A stretch of 64,000 bases of DNA from Octopus sinensis (GCF_006345805.1 NC_043006.1:31310001-31374000), one strand, 5' to 3'; positions 1 through 12,686 are shown, counted from the stretch's first letter. Numbers and translations are program-made. The notes: generated by a model not told the origin, from the letters alone.

Positions 1-934
1 TCTTTGGGAGTAGGTAAGTAATACCACTTGCTAACCATTCAGGTGTTTTCTTTGGGTCTCTCATAATTCCATTGAGCAGCTGAACTAGCTTACCGTGTGC
101 ACATGGGAGCGATGCGAGCCAGAAATTCGGCACCCTGTCTTTACCGGGGGATTTCCAATTATGGGCCTTCGTGAGTGCTTTTCTTAGGTCTGCTATTGTG
201 ATGTCTTCCCATGCTTGTTGTAAATTTTGGTAGGATCCTTCTGTTTGTATAATCCAGTCTGCATTTATGTTGTACGTCTTCTTGTCACTCCAAATCCTTT
301 TCCAAAAGTCTTGAACTTCTTCCATGGGAGGGGGGGGTCTTTAACAGTTACTTTCTCCTTCCCTATTTCTCTGTAGAATTTTTTGGCATTGGATGTAAAC
401 AGCTTATTTTGCTTGTAAAACTTGTTTCTCTTCTCAAATCTTCGTATTCTTTGGGCTTTTGCTTGGACTTTTTGTTTCAGCGTTTCTTTTATTGATATCA
501 GTTCTTCTCTTGGTGAGGATCCAAATTTTCTCTTCATCTTTCTTCCTGTTCTGGATCTTACATCATTTCCACTTATTAGTTCGTTTAATATTAATATTTC
601 CCCTCTCATAAATTCAATCTCTTTTTCAATTTTACTTCTCCAGGTTTGATTTCTTCCCAGGTTTGGTTTTCTTTTTATTTTCGGGGGCATACAGCTGGTT
701 TCAATTGCCCCAGCAGAAGCGTAAATAATTTCATTTAACTCAGTAAAATCAGGTTTTAATTCTTGTATTATTTCATTTGTTACATAGTTGCTAATTTGGA
801 TTTGTTTTTTTATTTTGGTTTGTATTTGAGAGTTTATGAAGTGGTTCTCTATCATTCATACTTGTATGTCTTACAACTTCAAGCGTATTCAGGATTTTCT
901 GCCTCATTTCTGCTATAGACTCTCTGTGTTCTCC
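1..934 (-). mobile_element. R4/Dong-clade non-LTR retrotransposon, downstream part (N-terminal region into start of RT), frameshifted; continues beyond the left window edge
   Basis: Minus-strand peptides ...KQKVQAKAQRIRRFEKRNKFYKQNKLFTSNAKKFYREIG and HNWKSPGKDRVPNFWLASL...PEWLASGITYLLPK are typical of R4-clade ORFs. Confidence 0.85.
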
Positions 935-2620
935 ATCATCATCATCATTGTTCGACCGTGGTCGAGACAATGGAATTTACCATGTTGCGCCAGACTTCAC
1001 GGTCCATCATAGCATTACGGAGGTCCTGTTTCTGGATGCCTGTATCCCTGGAGATTACATCAGGGTAGGAAAGTGTGCGCCCTCTGGTGTTGCGAGTAGA
1101 TGGCTTCCAGAGGAGAAGAGTAGAAATTACTTCTTTTTCAGCTCTACAACAATGTCCAGCAAACTGGACTCTCCTACCTTTCACAAGAGATGACACAGGT
1201 GGTAATTTCCCATATATTTGCATTTTAGTTGGATGGCGCCTCCACGAGAGATTTTGAGCTCTCATAAGGAGGCGAGTGTAGGTTCCATCCAACCGCCTCT
1301 CAAGCTTCTTTGATAACGTCCAGGTTTCTGAGCCATATAGTAGAATTGGTTCGACTGTGGCTTTGAATATTTCAAGTTTGAAGTCTCTACTTAGATTTGA
1401 TGACCAGATCTTATGCATGTCATTACAGGCTGACCAGGCCATACCCTTTCTAGTTAGAAAGTCTTTTCCAGATGATGATATGTATGACCCAAGATATTTA
1501 TAATCAGAAACCATATTTAAAGGTGCACTGTTGAGAGTATGGATGATGCAATCACTGTTGGACAGGCACTTGTTTATGTATTCAGTTTTGGTCTCATTGA
1601 GGTAAAGACCTACACAATTTGAGGCTTGTTCAAGAGATTGTAAAAGAGACTGGGCATTGGAGAGAGAATCACTGATAAGAGCGATGTCGTCAGCAAAGTC
1701 AGTGTCTGTCAAGTACTCAGCTGGGTGTCTGGAACTTCTTCTTGGTTTTATTTCAAAGCCCTTGCCAGAGATGGTATCAACTGACATACGTAGCACATAA
1801 TCAACAACAATGATGAAAAGAAATGGGGCGAGTGTGTCTCCCTGCAGTATTCCGGCCTCGATCGAGAAAGATGATGTTTCTCCATCAGGGGTTAAGATGG
1901 TTGAAGACGTATCTGTGTAGAGGACCTTGATGGCAGAAATAATTTTGTCTGGTATCCCATAGAGCTTAAGGATTTCAAACATCTTGTACCTATCTACAGA
2001 ATCGAACGCTTTAGAAAAGTCTACAAATACCATTGCAAGATCGCGATTAAATGCTTTTGATTCTTCAATAAGTCTGCGCAGGCATAGTATCTGGCTCAGC
2101 GTTGAGCGCCCATGTCTGAATCCATTTTGGTTCTTTCGGAGCAAAGGTTCAAAAAAAAGGACAAGACGATTTAGGATCAGTTTGTTGTACAGTTTTGCAG
2201 CAATTGACATTAGAGATATGCCCCTGTAGTTGGTGACGAGGGACAAATCGCCTTTTTTGGGTATTGGAATGATTTGAGATTGGTGCCAAATCTTTGGAGC
2301 GACAAAGGTGGAAATGTGTGGTTGCAGAGGTTAAGCAAAAGTGTGTGAAATCTATCATCCTTCCAAATCACAGCCGGAATGTTGTCGGGACCAAATGCTT
2401 TCGAGGCTTTTAGTTGCTTGGTGGCTGCTGTTAGTTCAAATATGGTAAAAGGGGAGGTGTTGATGTCCAGCGTGTCTGATATAGGCACACTTGGGAGAGT
2501 GGGGTTATCAGGGATTTTGGCATTCTTCCCAAGGAGGTTTTTAAAATGGGTTGACCAATTTTCTAAACGCTTCTTAGCTGATCCCCCTTTAATTCTAATT
2601 GATGACCCAGCAAATGCGAG
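935..2620 (-). mobile_element. 5'-truncated RTE-clade LINE (RT domain) inserted into the R4 element, with a (TGA)n 3' tail
   Basis: ORF 945-2246 carries RT motifs YRGISLMS, FVDFSKAFDSV, GILQGDTLAPFLF, DFADD and LLYGSETWTL. One frameshift lies near 2230. Tail catcatcatcat at 934-948. Confidence 0.9.
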
Positions 2621-3270
2621 ATCTTCAGTTACTGTTGTTTTATCATTTTCCTGGCTATCTTTAACAGGTTCAATAGAATTTCTTGTATCTTCAGGCCTTT
2701 GCGTGCTTTGGTCAGGTGGCAGTCTTTCAATTAAGCCTTGTGGCGGGCTATACTGTTCATCTGATTCATCATTTCCTTTGTGTCTTATATTTATGTTATT
2801 TTCCGTTGCGTGCTTGATCGCGCTTATTTCACTGTCTGTGAATCTGTTATTTCTAAGGATATCCCTCCTCACATCTGCCAATTTGTTCTCGTCCAAATAG
2901 GGCCTACTGTCTTGATTCCGTGTTCTCCATATACTATAAGAGTTTTTGGGTGTGTCTCTTGAGATGGCCTACCTAATGCATAGTAATAAGCGTATATTAC
3001 TTCTTTATACTCTTCTCGGGTCCATTTGTTCCGCTTACATTTTCTTTCTGTGGTGGTTGTGGTGGTGAACTTGGAGGGCTCGAGTTGGGGAATTTCCCGT
3101 TCAAGTGACCATCCATGTCCGTATTCGGAGAAGAGTTTGTGCCAGTTGATGACTTTTCGATCCCAGGCTGGCTCTTCCCTGGGGGACGCGCTTCCAGATT
3201 AACCCTAGGACAAGTGCTTTGGTATACTGATTTAGTTTTCCTTTTAGTTTCCAAAAACATTTTGGTGCTA
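2621..3270 (-). mobile_element. R4/Dong-clade element, 5' part
   Basis: WTREEY...AYYYALGRP...RPYLDENKLADVRRDILRNNRFTDSEISAIK. Removing 935-2620 restores the open frame VTED-GEHRESIAEMRQKILNTLEVVRHTSMNDREPL. Confidence 0.8.
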
Positions 3271-3369
3271 CGATTACGTTATCATTTTTGAGCTTTGATT
3301 GGCTCGTGGGAAGACGGCCATCATTGCCGTTACAATTATAACCGTACCATTATAGCAGCCGTAGTGGCT

Positions 3370-3452
3370 TATTATTGTTATTATCATCACCATTATTATC
3401 ACTATTATCATTATCACCACTATTACTATCATCATTATCATCATCACCATCA

Positions 3453-3483
<31 letters not shown>

Positions 3484-3696
3484 TGATATTGTTTTATGTG
3501 TAGTCACAGCAGTATCTTATTATTGTTATTTTTGTTTTTAACATTATCACCATCACAGTAGTGTCTGTCTGTCTCTCTCGTTGGCTGGCTGGGTGGTTGG
3601 CTGGCTGGCTGTCATCAACGCCAGAATTCTTGCCTGTCAAATAATACTTTCATATTTCGTTAACTTCTAAAGAGCCGAGGTGAGGTTTGTGTTGGC

Positions 3697-3735
<39 letters not shown>

Positions 3736-3757
3736 GTTATTATTATTATTATTATTA

Positions 3758-3795
<38 letters not shown>

Positions 3796-3803
3796 TATTA
3801 TTA

Positions 3804-3834
<31 letters not shown>

Positions 3835-3890
3835 TATTATTATCATAGCAGCAAAAAAAAAGAGTGCCATTGTTATCAAGTGAACTATAT

Positions 3891-3935
<45 letters not shown>

Positions 3936-3960
3936 AATAATAATAATAAAAATAAAAAAA
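3370..3960. repeat. Compound (ATC/ATT/AAC)n microsatellites
   Basis: Direct reading of trinucleotide runs. Confidence 0.95.
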
Positions 3961-4019
3961 TTGGAATTGATATGAGAGCAGAGCAGGCCCAAAAAAACTG
4001 TTCTACAGGGGACACCTAG

Positions 4020-4140
4020 GATTTTCGGTTGCATGTGTCTAGTGTACCCTTATCAAACGGGTAGTCATGTTGGGTGTATTAGACTTTGTATATTTGTACC
4101 CCAGCGTCACTTGAATGGCATGCGCTACTCTCTCACTCAA
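4020..4140 (+). repeat. 3' end of an interspersed repeat also present at about 48830-49350
   Basis: Shared gtgtacccttatcaaacgggta...tatatttgtac(c/t)ccag...gcatg; both copies are followed by AAT/ACT runs. Confidence 0.7.
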
Positions 4141-4313
4141 TAATAACAACAACGACAACAATAACAACACAGGACGTGAGAATCACGACGCCAAGGATAT
4201 TTTGGAAATAAATTTTGCAATATCAATCACAATTATTGTTGTTTTTTGTTTTACCAACGTATTTTGTTCTCTGCACTCGTTATACTCAATTGCAAGCTGC
4301 ATGCTCCTCTTAC

Positions 4314-4374
4314 CTGGTACATCATCAGAATTGTGAAATTTTTATTGTTTAACGTAACGTTATCAAATTGAGGT
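4314..4374 (-). CDS. Candidate 61-nt internal exon (R)PQFDNVTLNNKNFTILMMYQ, product unknown
   Basis: CTGTAG acceptor, strong CAG|GTAAGA donor, one open frame; no homology recognised. Confidence 0.25.
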
Positions 4375-4633
4375 CTACAGTTGGTGGTTATTTCTCATGC
4401 ATCAGCACCAAAACGGGAAGATATATATTTATGTTAATCAAAATATACAGTATTATACAGCATTGCAGGTGATCTTGCAAATCCGTTTCGCATCGGGTAT
4501 TAGATAATCGGATATAAGGTAACAGGACAGTCATCTAATACATATGGAAATAATATGGCAGTTATACCTACACTATTGACAAATATACGAGTATTTCTTT
4601 TATTCTGGCTTATGGATTCTTAGACGACTATCT

Positions 4634-4683
<50 letters not shown>

Positions 4684-5044
4684 GAAATCACAGGTGATAT
4701 GTAACTAAATTCTTTTTTTAAATGACTTGCTTTGAAGTTTTGCATTCGGTAAAATTTTGTTTATTTTAGTAGCTTTGACCACATTGGTCCCTCTTAGCGT
4801 GCGGTATCTATGAATAATAGTACCCTCAATATAATATAAATAAATATTTTCAAAGTGGAAAAATTTACGGATTTTTTCTCTTATGAGGTTTTTCACGCTA
4901 ACTACTGATAGTTTCTTAAAAAGATTTTATCCTCAATTGTAAATATATATATATATATGAATGCATTGCAGCCAGTTTAAAATAAAATTTCTTACCGAAC
5001 AGTCACACAGTTTATTTATTTATAGTGATCAAATATTTGTGTGG

Positions 5045-5215
5045 ACATAAGCTCACTCCCCCGCCCCATCAAAGCGACATTACCCGTAAAGGTGCCACAT
5101 GTCAGATGACGAAATGATCGCAGTGCAATGTGAAATGAAGTGGTTTGCTCAAAACATAAGGCAACGCCCGCCCTGGGAATCGAACCCACGATGTCGCAAT
5201 CGTAAGTGCAACAAT
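5045..5215 (-). mobile_element. Decayed tRNA-derived CORE-type SINE
   Basis: B-box GGTTCGATTCC followed by CORE-like TTGAGCAAACCACTTCATTTCACATTGC on the minus strand. Confidence 0.6.
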
Positions 5216-5292
5216 CCATATATATATATATATATAATATTATTAGTGAATTGAAGAAATGGAGTTGAACGAAGATTGAACAGAAATCGTTT

Positions 5293-5385
5293 TATTGCAT
5301 TCTACACGTGTTTCGAAAGCCACAATTTACCAAATTCCGATTGAATAAGGAGACCATATTGTGTCTTTCTCTTCAGGAAGAAATA
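5293..5385 (-). ncRNA. Type I hammerhead ribozyme motif (inverted copy)
   Basis: Reverse complement of 5830-5922. Confidence 0.8.
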
Positions 5386-5829
5386 GGAATTCCGTTGGCA
5401 AAAACAAAAACAGAACAGAGGCGCAGCAAAACAAATCGAACGAGGCTCCTAGAGCCCATGGCAAGTTTGGAGTCCTAGGCACCACGCAGTGGCGCCCAGT
5501 TCTGGCATTTGCGTAACTCTCGATGCCAAAGTTCAGGACACTTCCCTCCAGGATCTTCCAGATGTATATTATGGCATATCTTTCCCGCCTACGATCCAGG
5601 GGATATAGTTTTAATCTCTTGAGTCTTTCCCAGTAGCTTACATTCTGCATAGAGGCTATCTTCTTCGTGTAGCTACGTTGGATCGCCTCGAGCTCTGTGA
5701 TCAACTTGACACTAGATGGTGACCATAACTGAGAGCAGTAGTCAAAGTGGCTTAGGACAAGTGTCCTCCAGAGGACCATCATGGTTTCTTGTTCTCTTGT
5801 TCTGTTTTTGTTTTTGCCAACGGAATTCC

Positions 5830-5922
5830 TATTTCTTCCTGAAGAGAAAGACACAATATGGTCTCCTTATTCAATCGGAATTTGGTAAATTGTGGCTTTC
5901 GAAACACGTGTAGAATGCAATA
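5830..5922 (+). ncRNA. Type I hammerhead ribozyme motif
   Basis: Stem I TTC/GAA plus TATT/AATA; core CTGAAGA 5839-5845; stem II GAAAGACACAAT/ATTGTGGCTTTC; GAAAC 5901-5905; palindromic ACGT loop; GUA cleavage triplet 5910-5912. Confidence 0.8.
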
Positions 5923-6159
5923 AAACGATTTCTGTTCAATCTTCGTTCAACTCCATTTCTTCAATTCACTAATAATATTAAAATTCAATTATCCGCACCA
6001 ACGAACGGTTGCAACACCATATGGTTGTACCTCCAACCGTGCTGTCTTCTGCTGTGATTTTTGCTACCAAGGTATCGGTTAAACTTTTGATTAATCTGCA
6101 ACAAGATTATTCATCTTGCTATTTCACCAAATATATATATATACGTATGTGTGTGTGTG

Positions 6160-6392
6160 TGTTCTTTAATTCTTTTACTTGTTTCAGTCATTTGACTGCA
6201 GACATGCTGGAGCACCACCTTTAGTCGAGCAAATTGACGACAGGACTTATTCTTTGTAAGCCTAGTACATATTCTATCGGCCTCTTTTGCCGAACCGCTA
6301 AGTTACGGGTACGTAAACACACCAGCATCGGTTGTCAAGCGATGTTGGGTGGCCAAACATAGACACACAAACATATACACACACATACATAT
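6160..6392 (-). mobile_element. 3' half of a tRNA-derived SINE (abundant family with internal CA/TA microsatellite), split by the CR1 insertion
   Basis: ttttacttgtttcagtcatttgactgc...gccgaaccgctaagttacggg is shared with 23195-23627 and 46636-47050. Confidence 0.85.
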
Positions 6393-9300
6393 GATTGATT
6401 GATTGATTGATTCTAGTTTCAGCTTATGAGCTGTGGCCATGCTGGGGCACCGCCATTTGGTGTTGCTACTTGGTTTCACTTCACGAAAGCTTTCTAGCAA
6501 CTGCCATTTGGTGCATGAGAGAGTTCGATGCAGCTGCCCTCATCTGCCCCTCCTGCCGTGAAGTTGGTTCATCTGGGACACCTGACAGGAAGAGATCCAG
6601 CTTCATTTTAAAGACATCTGCATCCACCCATGCAGGTCTCTTAGGTTCTTCGGGAGGATATTGAAGAGCTGTGGGCCTCGGAAGCCCAGGCTATCACAGA
6701 ATCTTGTCCTACATCTTGATGGCAAGTTTGGAGTCCTAGGCACCACGCAGTGGCGCCCAGTTCTGGCATTTGCGTAACTCTCGATGCCAAAGTTCAGGAC
6801 ACGTCCCTCCAGGATCTTCCAGATGTATATTATGGCATATCTTTCCCGCCTACGCTCCAGGGAATATAGTTTTAATCTCTTGAGTCTTTCCCAGTAGCTT
6901 ACATTCTGCATAGAGGCTATCTTCTTCGTGTAGCTACGTTGGATCGCCTCGAGCTCTGTGATCAACTTGACACTAGATGGTGACCATAACTGAGAGCAGT
7001 AGTCAAAGTGGCTTAGGACAAGTGTCCTCCAGAGGACCATCATGGTTTCTTGTTCTCTTGTTCTAAAGGTTCTGAGGATCCATCCGGCCAGTCGTCTACA
7101 TTTCATTGCCAATTTAACAACATGTACACGAAAGGTCGCGTCATCACTCATGTAAATACCTAGGTCACGCACTGATTGTGCCTCTGGGATTGCTATTCCT
7201 CCGGGTCCAGTGTATTCATTGGGTATTGCATTTAGTTTTGCATGCTGATAGTATAGAGCTTGAAACTTTTCAGCATTGAACTGCATGCTATTCTTTTCGG
7301 CCCACTTGTATATTTTGTCCAGCTCACATTGCAGGTGTTTAGTGTCCTTAGGGTTCTGTATTGCCTGTGAAACTTTTGTATCATCTGCATAACTTGTGAT
7401 CGTGGCTCTCTGCGTGGCTGAGGGCATGTCTGAAAGGGCCATTATGAACAGTAGTGGTCCCAGAACAGTGCCCTGCGGAACACCGCTCACTATTTGCGTG
7501 TTAATGGAAGTGGCCCCATTGGCTACTACCACCTGACTTCTATCTTTCAGAAAGTCATGAAGCCATTCTCCCCTTTTCCAACTATGTTGAGATCACGCAG
7601 TTTGTGACATATCATTCCATGATCGACTTTATCAAAGGCCTTTGCAAAGTCGAGATATATCACTTCCACATTTGAGTGGTTGAGCAGCCGTTTCAGCACC
7701 CAGTCATAGTGTTGTAGGAGCTGAGTTAAACAGCTTCTACCTGGTCGGAAACCATGTTGGGTGTCGGGCAGCAAGAGATTCTCTTCAAGGAAGGTGATCA
7801 GCTTCCTTCTGACTATTCGTTCCATGACCTTGCTGATGTGTGAGGTCAGAGAGATAGGTCTATAGTTCTTGGCTTCCGCTCTGCTACCTCCTTTATGAAT
7901 GGGGCATATTTTACCTTCCTTCAGTTTTCTTGGAAGTTTGCCAGCTGCAAGGAAGCTCTGAAAGAGGAACTGCAGTGGTCTTGCTAGGACTCTCTTACAT
8001 GCTTTTAGGAGGATTGCCGGGAATCCATCGGGGCCAGTAGCTGAGTCTGTTTTCATTTCATCTATAGCCTTGATTACATCGTCTTCCTTTATATCGATGT
8101 AATCTATCGTCGCCGCCTCTGATTTTATATCTGCAGTGGTAAAAAAGTCAGTTGGATTGGTGATTTGGAGATGCCCAAGAGGTGGAGTGAAAACACTCTT
8201 GAATTGCTCATTCAGTATTTCACTTACCCTCATTGGTTTTCCTGTAAGTGTGCCATCCTTTTCGAGGAGTGGCCCTATTCTACAGTGCACCGTAGCTGTT
8301 TCTTTGGCATACCTGTAGAAAGCTCTGGGGTTAGATTTTATGTTGTCTATAGCCCAGGCTTCTTTGTCTGCTCTTTCTTTTTCATGGGAGAGTTGCAGAC
8401 ATTTTTTCGATTTCCAACAGTTTTATTTTTAGGCGGGACTTTTCACTGCTTTCAATCTGTTTGTTTAGGCGATTTGAAAATTTTGTACGCCGTCTCATTA
8501 AAATTTTCCTCTCTCTGGGGATTTTGTTCTTGTGTACAGTGGCCTTTCTCTCTGGGACACATTTGTAGCATATGGCTTGCATTACAGACATGAATTGTTG
8601 AAGTTTCACGTCGATGTCTGGCGAGGAGAGACATTTAGGCCAGTTTTGTTTGAGGATCTCTTTCTCAATTTGTTTCTAGTTTGCCTTATGGTAGTTCAAG
8701 CTGGAAAGATTCTGAGGGTTTCTTGTAGGCTGCATGTCCGTGCTCTCTTTTGGCCCGTACATGGTCAGCTCTATCATGTTGTGATCCGAGAGTAGTGTCG
8801 GTGTCACCTTCACACTATGGATGAGATCCATGTCATTTGTGAAGCAGAGATCCAGTGTGTTACCTGCCCTGGTTGGTTGGAGTATTACCTGCTCCATGTA
8901 CAGGGTGTTGATGAGGTTCAGGAGGGACCTCGCCTGTCCTCGTTCACATCTTGTCATTCCTGGGAGAAAGGCCCTCGGGCCATCTGACATTGGGCAGTTG
9001 AAGTCTCCCATAAGAAGTACACTTATGTGTTGTTCTAATGTGGTTAGAACTTCTATTTTTATAGGCAGTCTTCAAACTTGCCCACATGGCTTGGGGCATC
9101 TGGAGGGCGATATGTAGCACACACAACTACATCAAGTTGCCTAATATGTACAATTAGTGTGTCACACACCGAGTTTGAGTATGACAAGAGGACCTGGGGT
9201 GTGAGGTCCTCACGGATGTACATAGCAACACCTCCATGACTCCTTTCTTTTCTGTCGGTCCGTAGTACAGCATACTGTGGTATGTGTAACTCCGCATCTG

Positions 9301-9497
9301 CTATGTCTGGTTTCAGGTGCGTTTCCGTAAGTGCTATGCATAAGGCTTGATTGCATGCAACAAAGTCTCTCAGGAACGGGATTTTTGTCCTGTTACTGAG
9401 TGTTTGCAGTCCTCTGATGTTCAGTAGGAGCATCGAGGTGAGGTGTACGTTGTTGCCGGCGGTGTCCATCCTGGGTCTGTTTGCTGTGGTGGTCTGG
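6393..9497 (-). mobile_element. CR1-clade LINE, essentially complete ORF2 (APE endonuclease + RT) with several frameshifts and an (AATC)n tail
   Basis: APE: LLNIRGL...IALTETHL...GGVAMYI and GDFN. RT: NYRPISLTS, QHGFRPGRSC, YLDFAKAFDKV, GVPQGTVLGP, YADD, LERRRER. Tail gattgattgatt at 6393-6410. Confidence 0.92.
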
Positions 9498-9500
9498 TAT

Positions 9501-9564
<64 letters not shown>

Positions 9565-9642
9565 GACGGGCTTCTTTCAGTTTCCGTCTACCAAATCCAC
9601 TCACAAGGCTTTGGTCGGCCCGAGGCTATAGTAGACACTTGC
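9498..9642 (-). mobile_element. 5'/central half of the SINE split by CR1
   Basis: (TA)n followed by acgacgggcttctttcagtttccgtctaccaaatccactcacaagg, as in intact copies. Confidence 0.85.
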
Positions 9643-9737
9643 ATATATATATATATATTATATATATTATATATATATAATATATATATGTGTGTATATG
9701 TATATATATATATATATAATATATATATATATATGTG

Positions 9738-9843
<106 letters not shown>

Positions 9844-9965
9844 TAATATAATGTATATATATATAATATATATATGTAGTATATGTATATATATGTATAT
9901 ATATATATATATGTATGTATATGTATTATATGTATATATATATATTATATATATATATATGTATG

Positions 9966-10050
<85 letters not shown>

Positions 10051-10051
10051 C

Positions 10052-10772
10052 TTTGATAGGTTTCGGCCCATTATGGCCCAGGCCATGTCTAACTTAATAG
10101 CACCACCTGGTGAAGTCTTTCAAGTCAGAATTTGGGCACTATGGCCCACTCAAGTAGAGAGTTATTGTTTACAGAGACATATCCGGGATTTCTTGAAGGA
10201 ATCTATCCAAAGACTTCTTGAACCCTATAGGGTCAGTTTCTGTTTTAATGTGTTTTTGTGTAATGTTAAGAGAGCGGGGCCAATTGAGGTGAAATAATTG
10301 TGCCGTATTGTTGTTATGAGATGAGAGTGCGATTTTGTTTTGGGCGGATGGCACGGGGCCCAAGCCTTGATGTACCTTAAAGGTGATGCCAACATCATTT
10401 GGGCAATGCTGATGGAATATTTTCCACATCATGCAGATGATGTAGCGCTCACGACGACGTTGGAGAGAATAAAGTTTTAGCTTTTCTAGTCGACCCTAAT
10501 AGTCGAGACCTGTCATGCCATCTATCTTTTTTGTGATTGCCCTTTGAGGTGCTTCAACTTTTATGATACTTTGTATTGTGTGGAGAGACCACAGTGGACA
10601 ACAGTATTCAAGGTGGAGTCGGGCAAAAGTGGAGAAGAGAAGGATAATGGTGTGGATATCTCTCGACTGGAAAGTTCTGAGAATCCAGGAACACATTCTG
10701 CGGGCCATGTCAACTTTGGTGTTTATATGAGTGGCCCAGCTTATGTTGTTGTCCACAATTACTCCCAATCTC
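10052..10772 (-). mobile_element. 5'-truncated CR1 LINE 3' end (different subfamily from 6393-9497)
   Basis: GVIVDNNISW...WILRTF...LEYCCPLWS...LYSLQRRRERY...[14 protein letters not shown]. Confidence 0.85.
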
Positions 10773-10801
10773 TCATATATATATATGTATATATATGTAT
10801 A

Positions 10802-10834
<33 letters not shown>

Positions 10835-10875
10835 ATATATATTATATATAGATATATATATATGTATATTATATA

Positions 10876-10940
<65 letters not shown>

Positions 10941-10959
10941 TATATATATATATATATAG

Positions 10960-10990
<31 letters not shown>

Positions 10991-11177
10991 TATATGTTTA
11001 TATATTTATATATATATATATATATGTACACACACACACACCACCACACCATATATATTATATATTATATATATATTATATAGATATAGATATATATATA
11101 TGTATATATATATAATATGTATATATATGTTTATATATATATATATATATATATATGTACCACACACACACACACAC

Positions 11178-11243
<66 letters not shown>

Positions 11244-11249
11244 ATATAT

Positions 11250-11395
11250 TGTTCTTCATCTGTTGTATCCACTTTCAAACCCCGAGTTCTGTCTTTCCTC
11301 ATGTCAACTTTATCCTCTAGAAAAATAGTCCGCTCATCACGGCAAGTTTGCCGTACCTTTTTGTCACTTTTTGCACATAATACATGTTCTGCCAA
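11250..11395 (-). mobile_element. Short LINE-like ORF fragment
   Basis: [19 protein letters not shown] resembles the pre-RT linker of RTE-type ORFs; short. Confidence 0.3.
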
Positions 11396-11441
11396 CGCAG
11401 ACCACCACCACCACCATTCTCCTTAGAACTTGTTTTATCAT

Positions 11442-11473
<32 letters not shown>

Positions 11474-12649
11474 TTAAATTATGTCTACCAAATTTCATTT
11501 ACGAGGTGTATTTGTGATTTCTGTAGAAGCTAGGTAGCAGAACTAATAGTGTCGGTCCATAAATCTTGCGGAATTTAATTTCTTTTATATCTAAATTTAG
11601 ATCTGACTTCTAATCTCGCCCAGGGTTCGACTTCGTGGTCGATATTTTTGTCTAAAACCATTGAAGGTGATAACCTTGCGTGACCGCATCCGATGACCTG
11701 GTAGTTTATGAGACATTGTCAGTTTCTCTATGGATTAATCTATTAAAAGTATGTAACAATGGTTTTGTTATGCTGGAGACAGTTTGAACGTCTTCTGGTT
11801 TTTTTTACGATCTATATATTTATAAGCAGAATATTTGCTTACATAAATTTACCCTTAAAAAAACAAACAAACATGTAAAAACAACAAATATATTTCAAAA
11901 AGATAAAGTTAAAGCAAACAGAAAACGGGAAAAGAAAAGGAGAAAGAGGAAGAGTAAGAGGTGTTGTGGTGTAAAGAAGGTTAAAGAAGAGAACAATAAG
12001 ATTTTTTGGTAGGAAAGGAGAGCGCTTTAAGTGAGCAGACATAGATGAAAAGAAGCAGATGAAAGGAAAATGAGAGAGAGGGAGAGGCAGAGAGGGGAGA
12101 GAGAGAGAAGGAGGAGGCAGTGAGTGAGAGAGGGGAACAGATTAGAGGTGACGGCTTGCACAAAACACATACATATATGAGTGTATATATACACACACAC
12201 ATATATATATATAATATAGTTACATTCATAAACATATACAATTAAATTATAATAGTGAACCATTTATGCATGTATGATTTATATATAAAAACCGTGTGTG
12301 TGTGTACTTGTGCGTATGTATGTATACGTATCTATCTATGTATTTATGTTTGTGTCTATGTGAGTGCTTGTCCTTTTTATGTATGATTATGTCTAACAAG
12401 AGAGAAATTTAAGTCATAAAAAGCAAGCTGCTATTGTAGTTGTTTCTACTGTTGCTGCTGCTACTGCTGCTGCTGCTGCTGCTGCACATGATAATAATAA
12501 TAATATGACGATGATGATGATATATGATGATATTCTAGTGGTGGTTGTATTGTTGTTTAGCCCCAGGTCGGCTGTTGTGAGCCTGATAATCAAAAGTAGT
12601 TCAAGCTGTTGTGCTTTTTTAAAATTTTTTTCCTAGTTTTTTCTTTTAC

Positions 12650-12686
12650 CAGATCTCTCACTGTACCGGATGTGTCTGTCTTTCAT
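12650..12686 (-). CDS. Candidate first coding exon MKDRHIRYSERS preceded by a repeat-rich 5'UTR-like segment
   Basis: AAAAATG context and G|GTAAAA donor; upstream GC-richer segment 12690-13090 with AP-1-like TGAGTCA at about 13045. Confidence 0.2.

Larger units (their letters stand above)
5235..5980. mobile_element. Foldback structure: about 183-bp inverted arms (PLE 3'/pLTR-like, HHR-bearing) flanking a copy of CR1 ORF2 sequence
   Basis: 5235-5416 is the reverse complement of about 5798-5980. 5459-5802 matches 6719-7062 almost base for base. Confidence 0.9.

Noticed and set aside
2210-2896. 228-aa ORF as a single protein
   Set aside because: Chance in-frame fusion of the R4 N-terminus with a truncated RTE at the insertion junction.
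5327-5854. 175-aa ORF
   Set aside because: Composite of an inverted-arm sequence and the captured CR1 fragment; not an independent gene.
10052-10085. GGCC...GGCC-GAAAC hairpin resembling a hammerhead
   Set aside because: No CUGANGA core; it is the 3'UTR stem-loop of the CR1 fragment.
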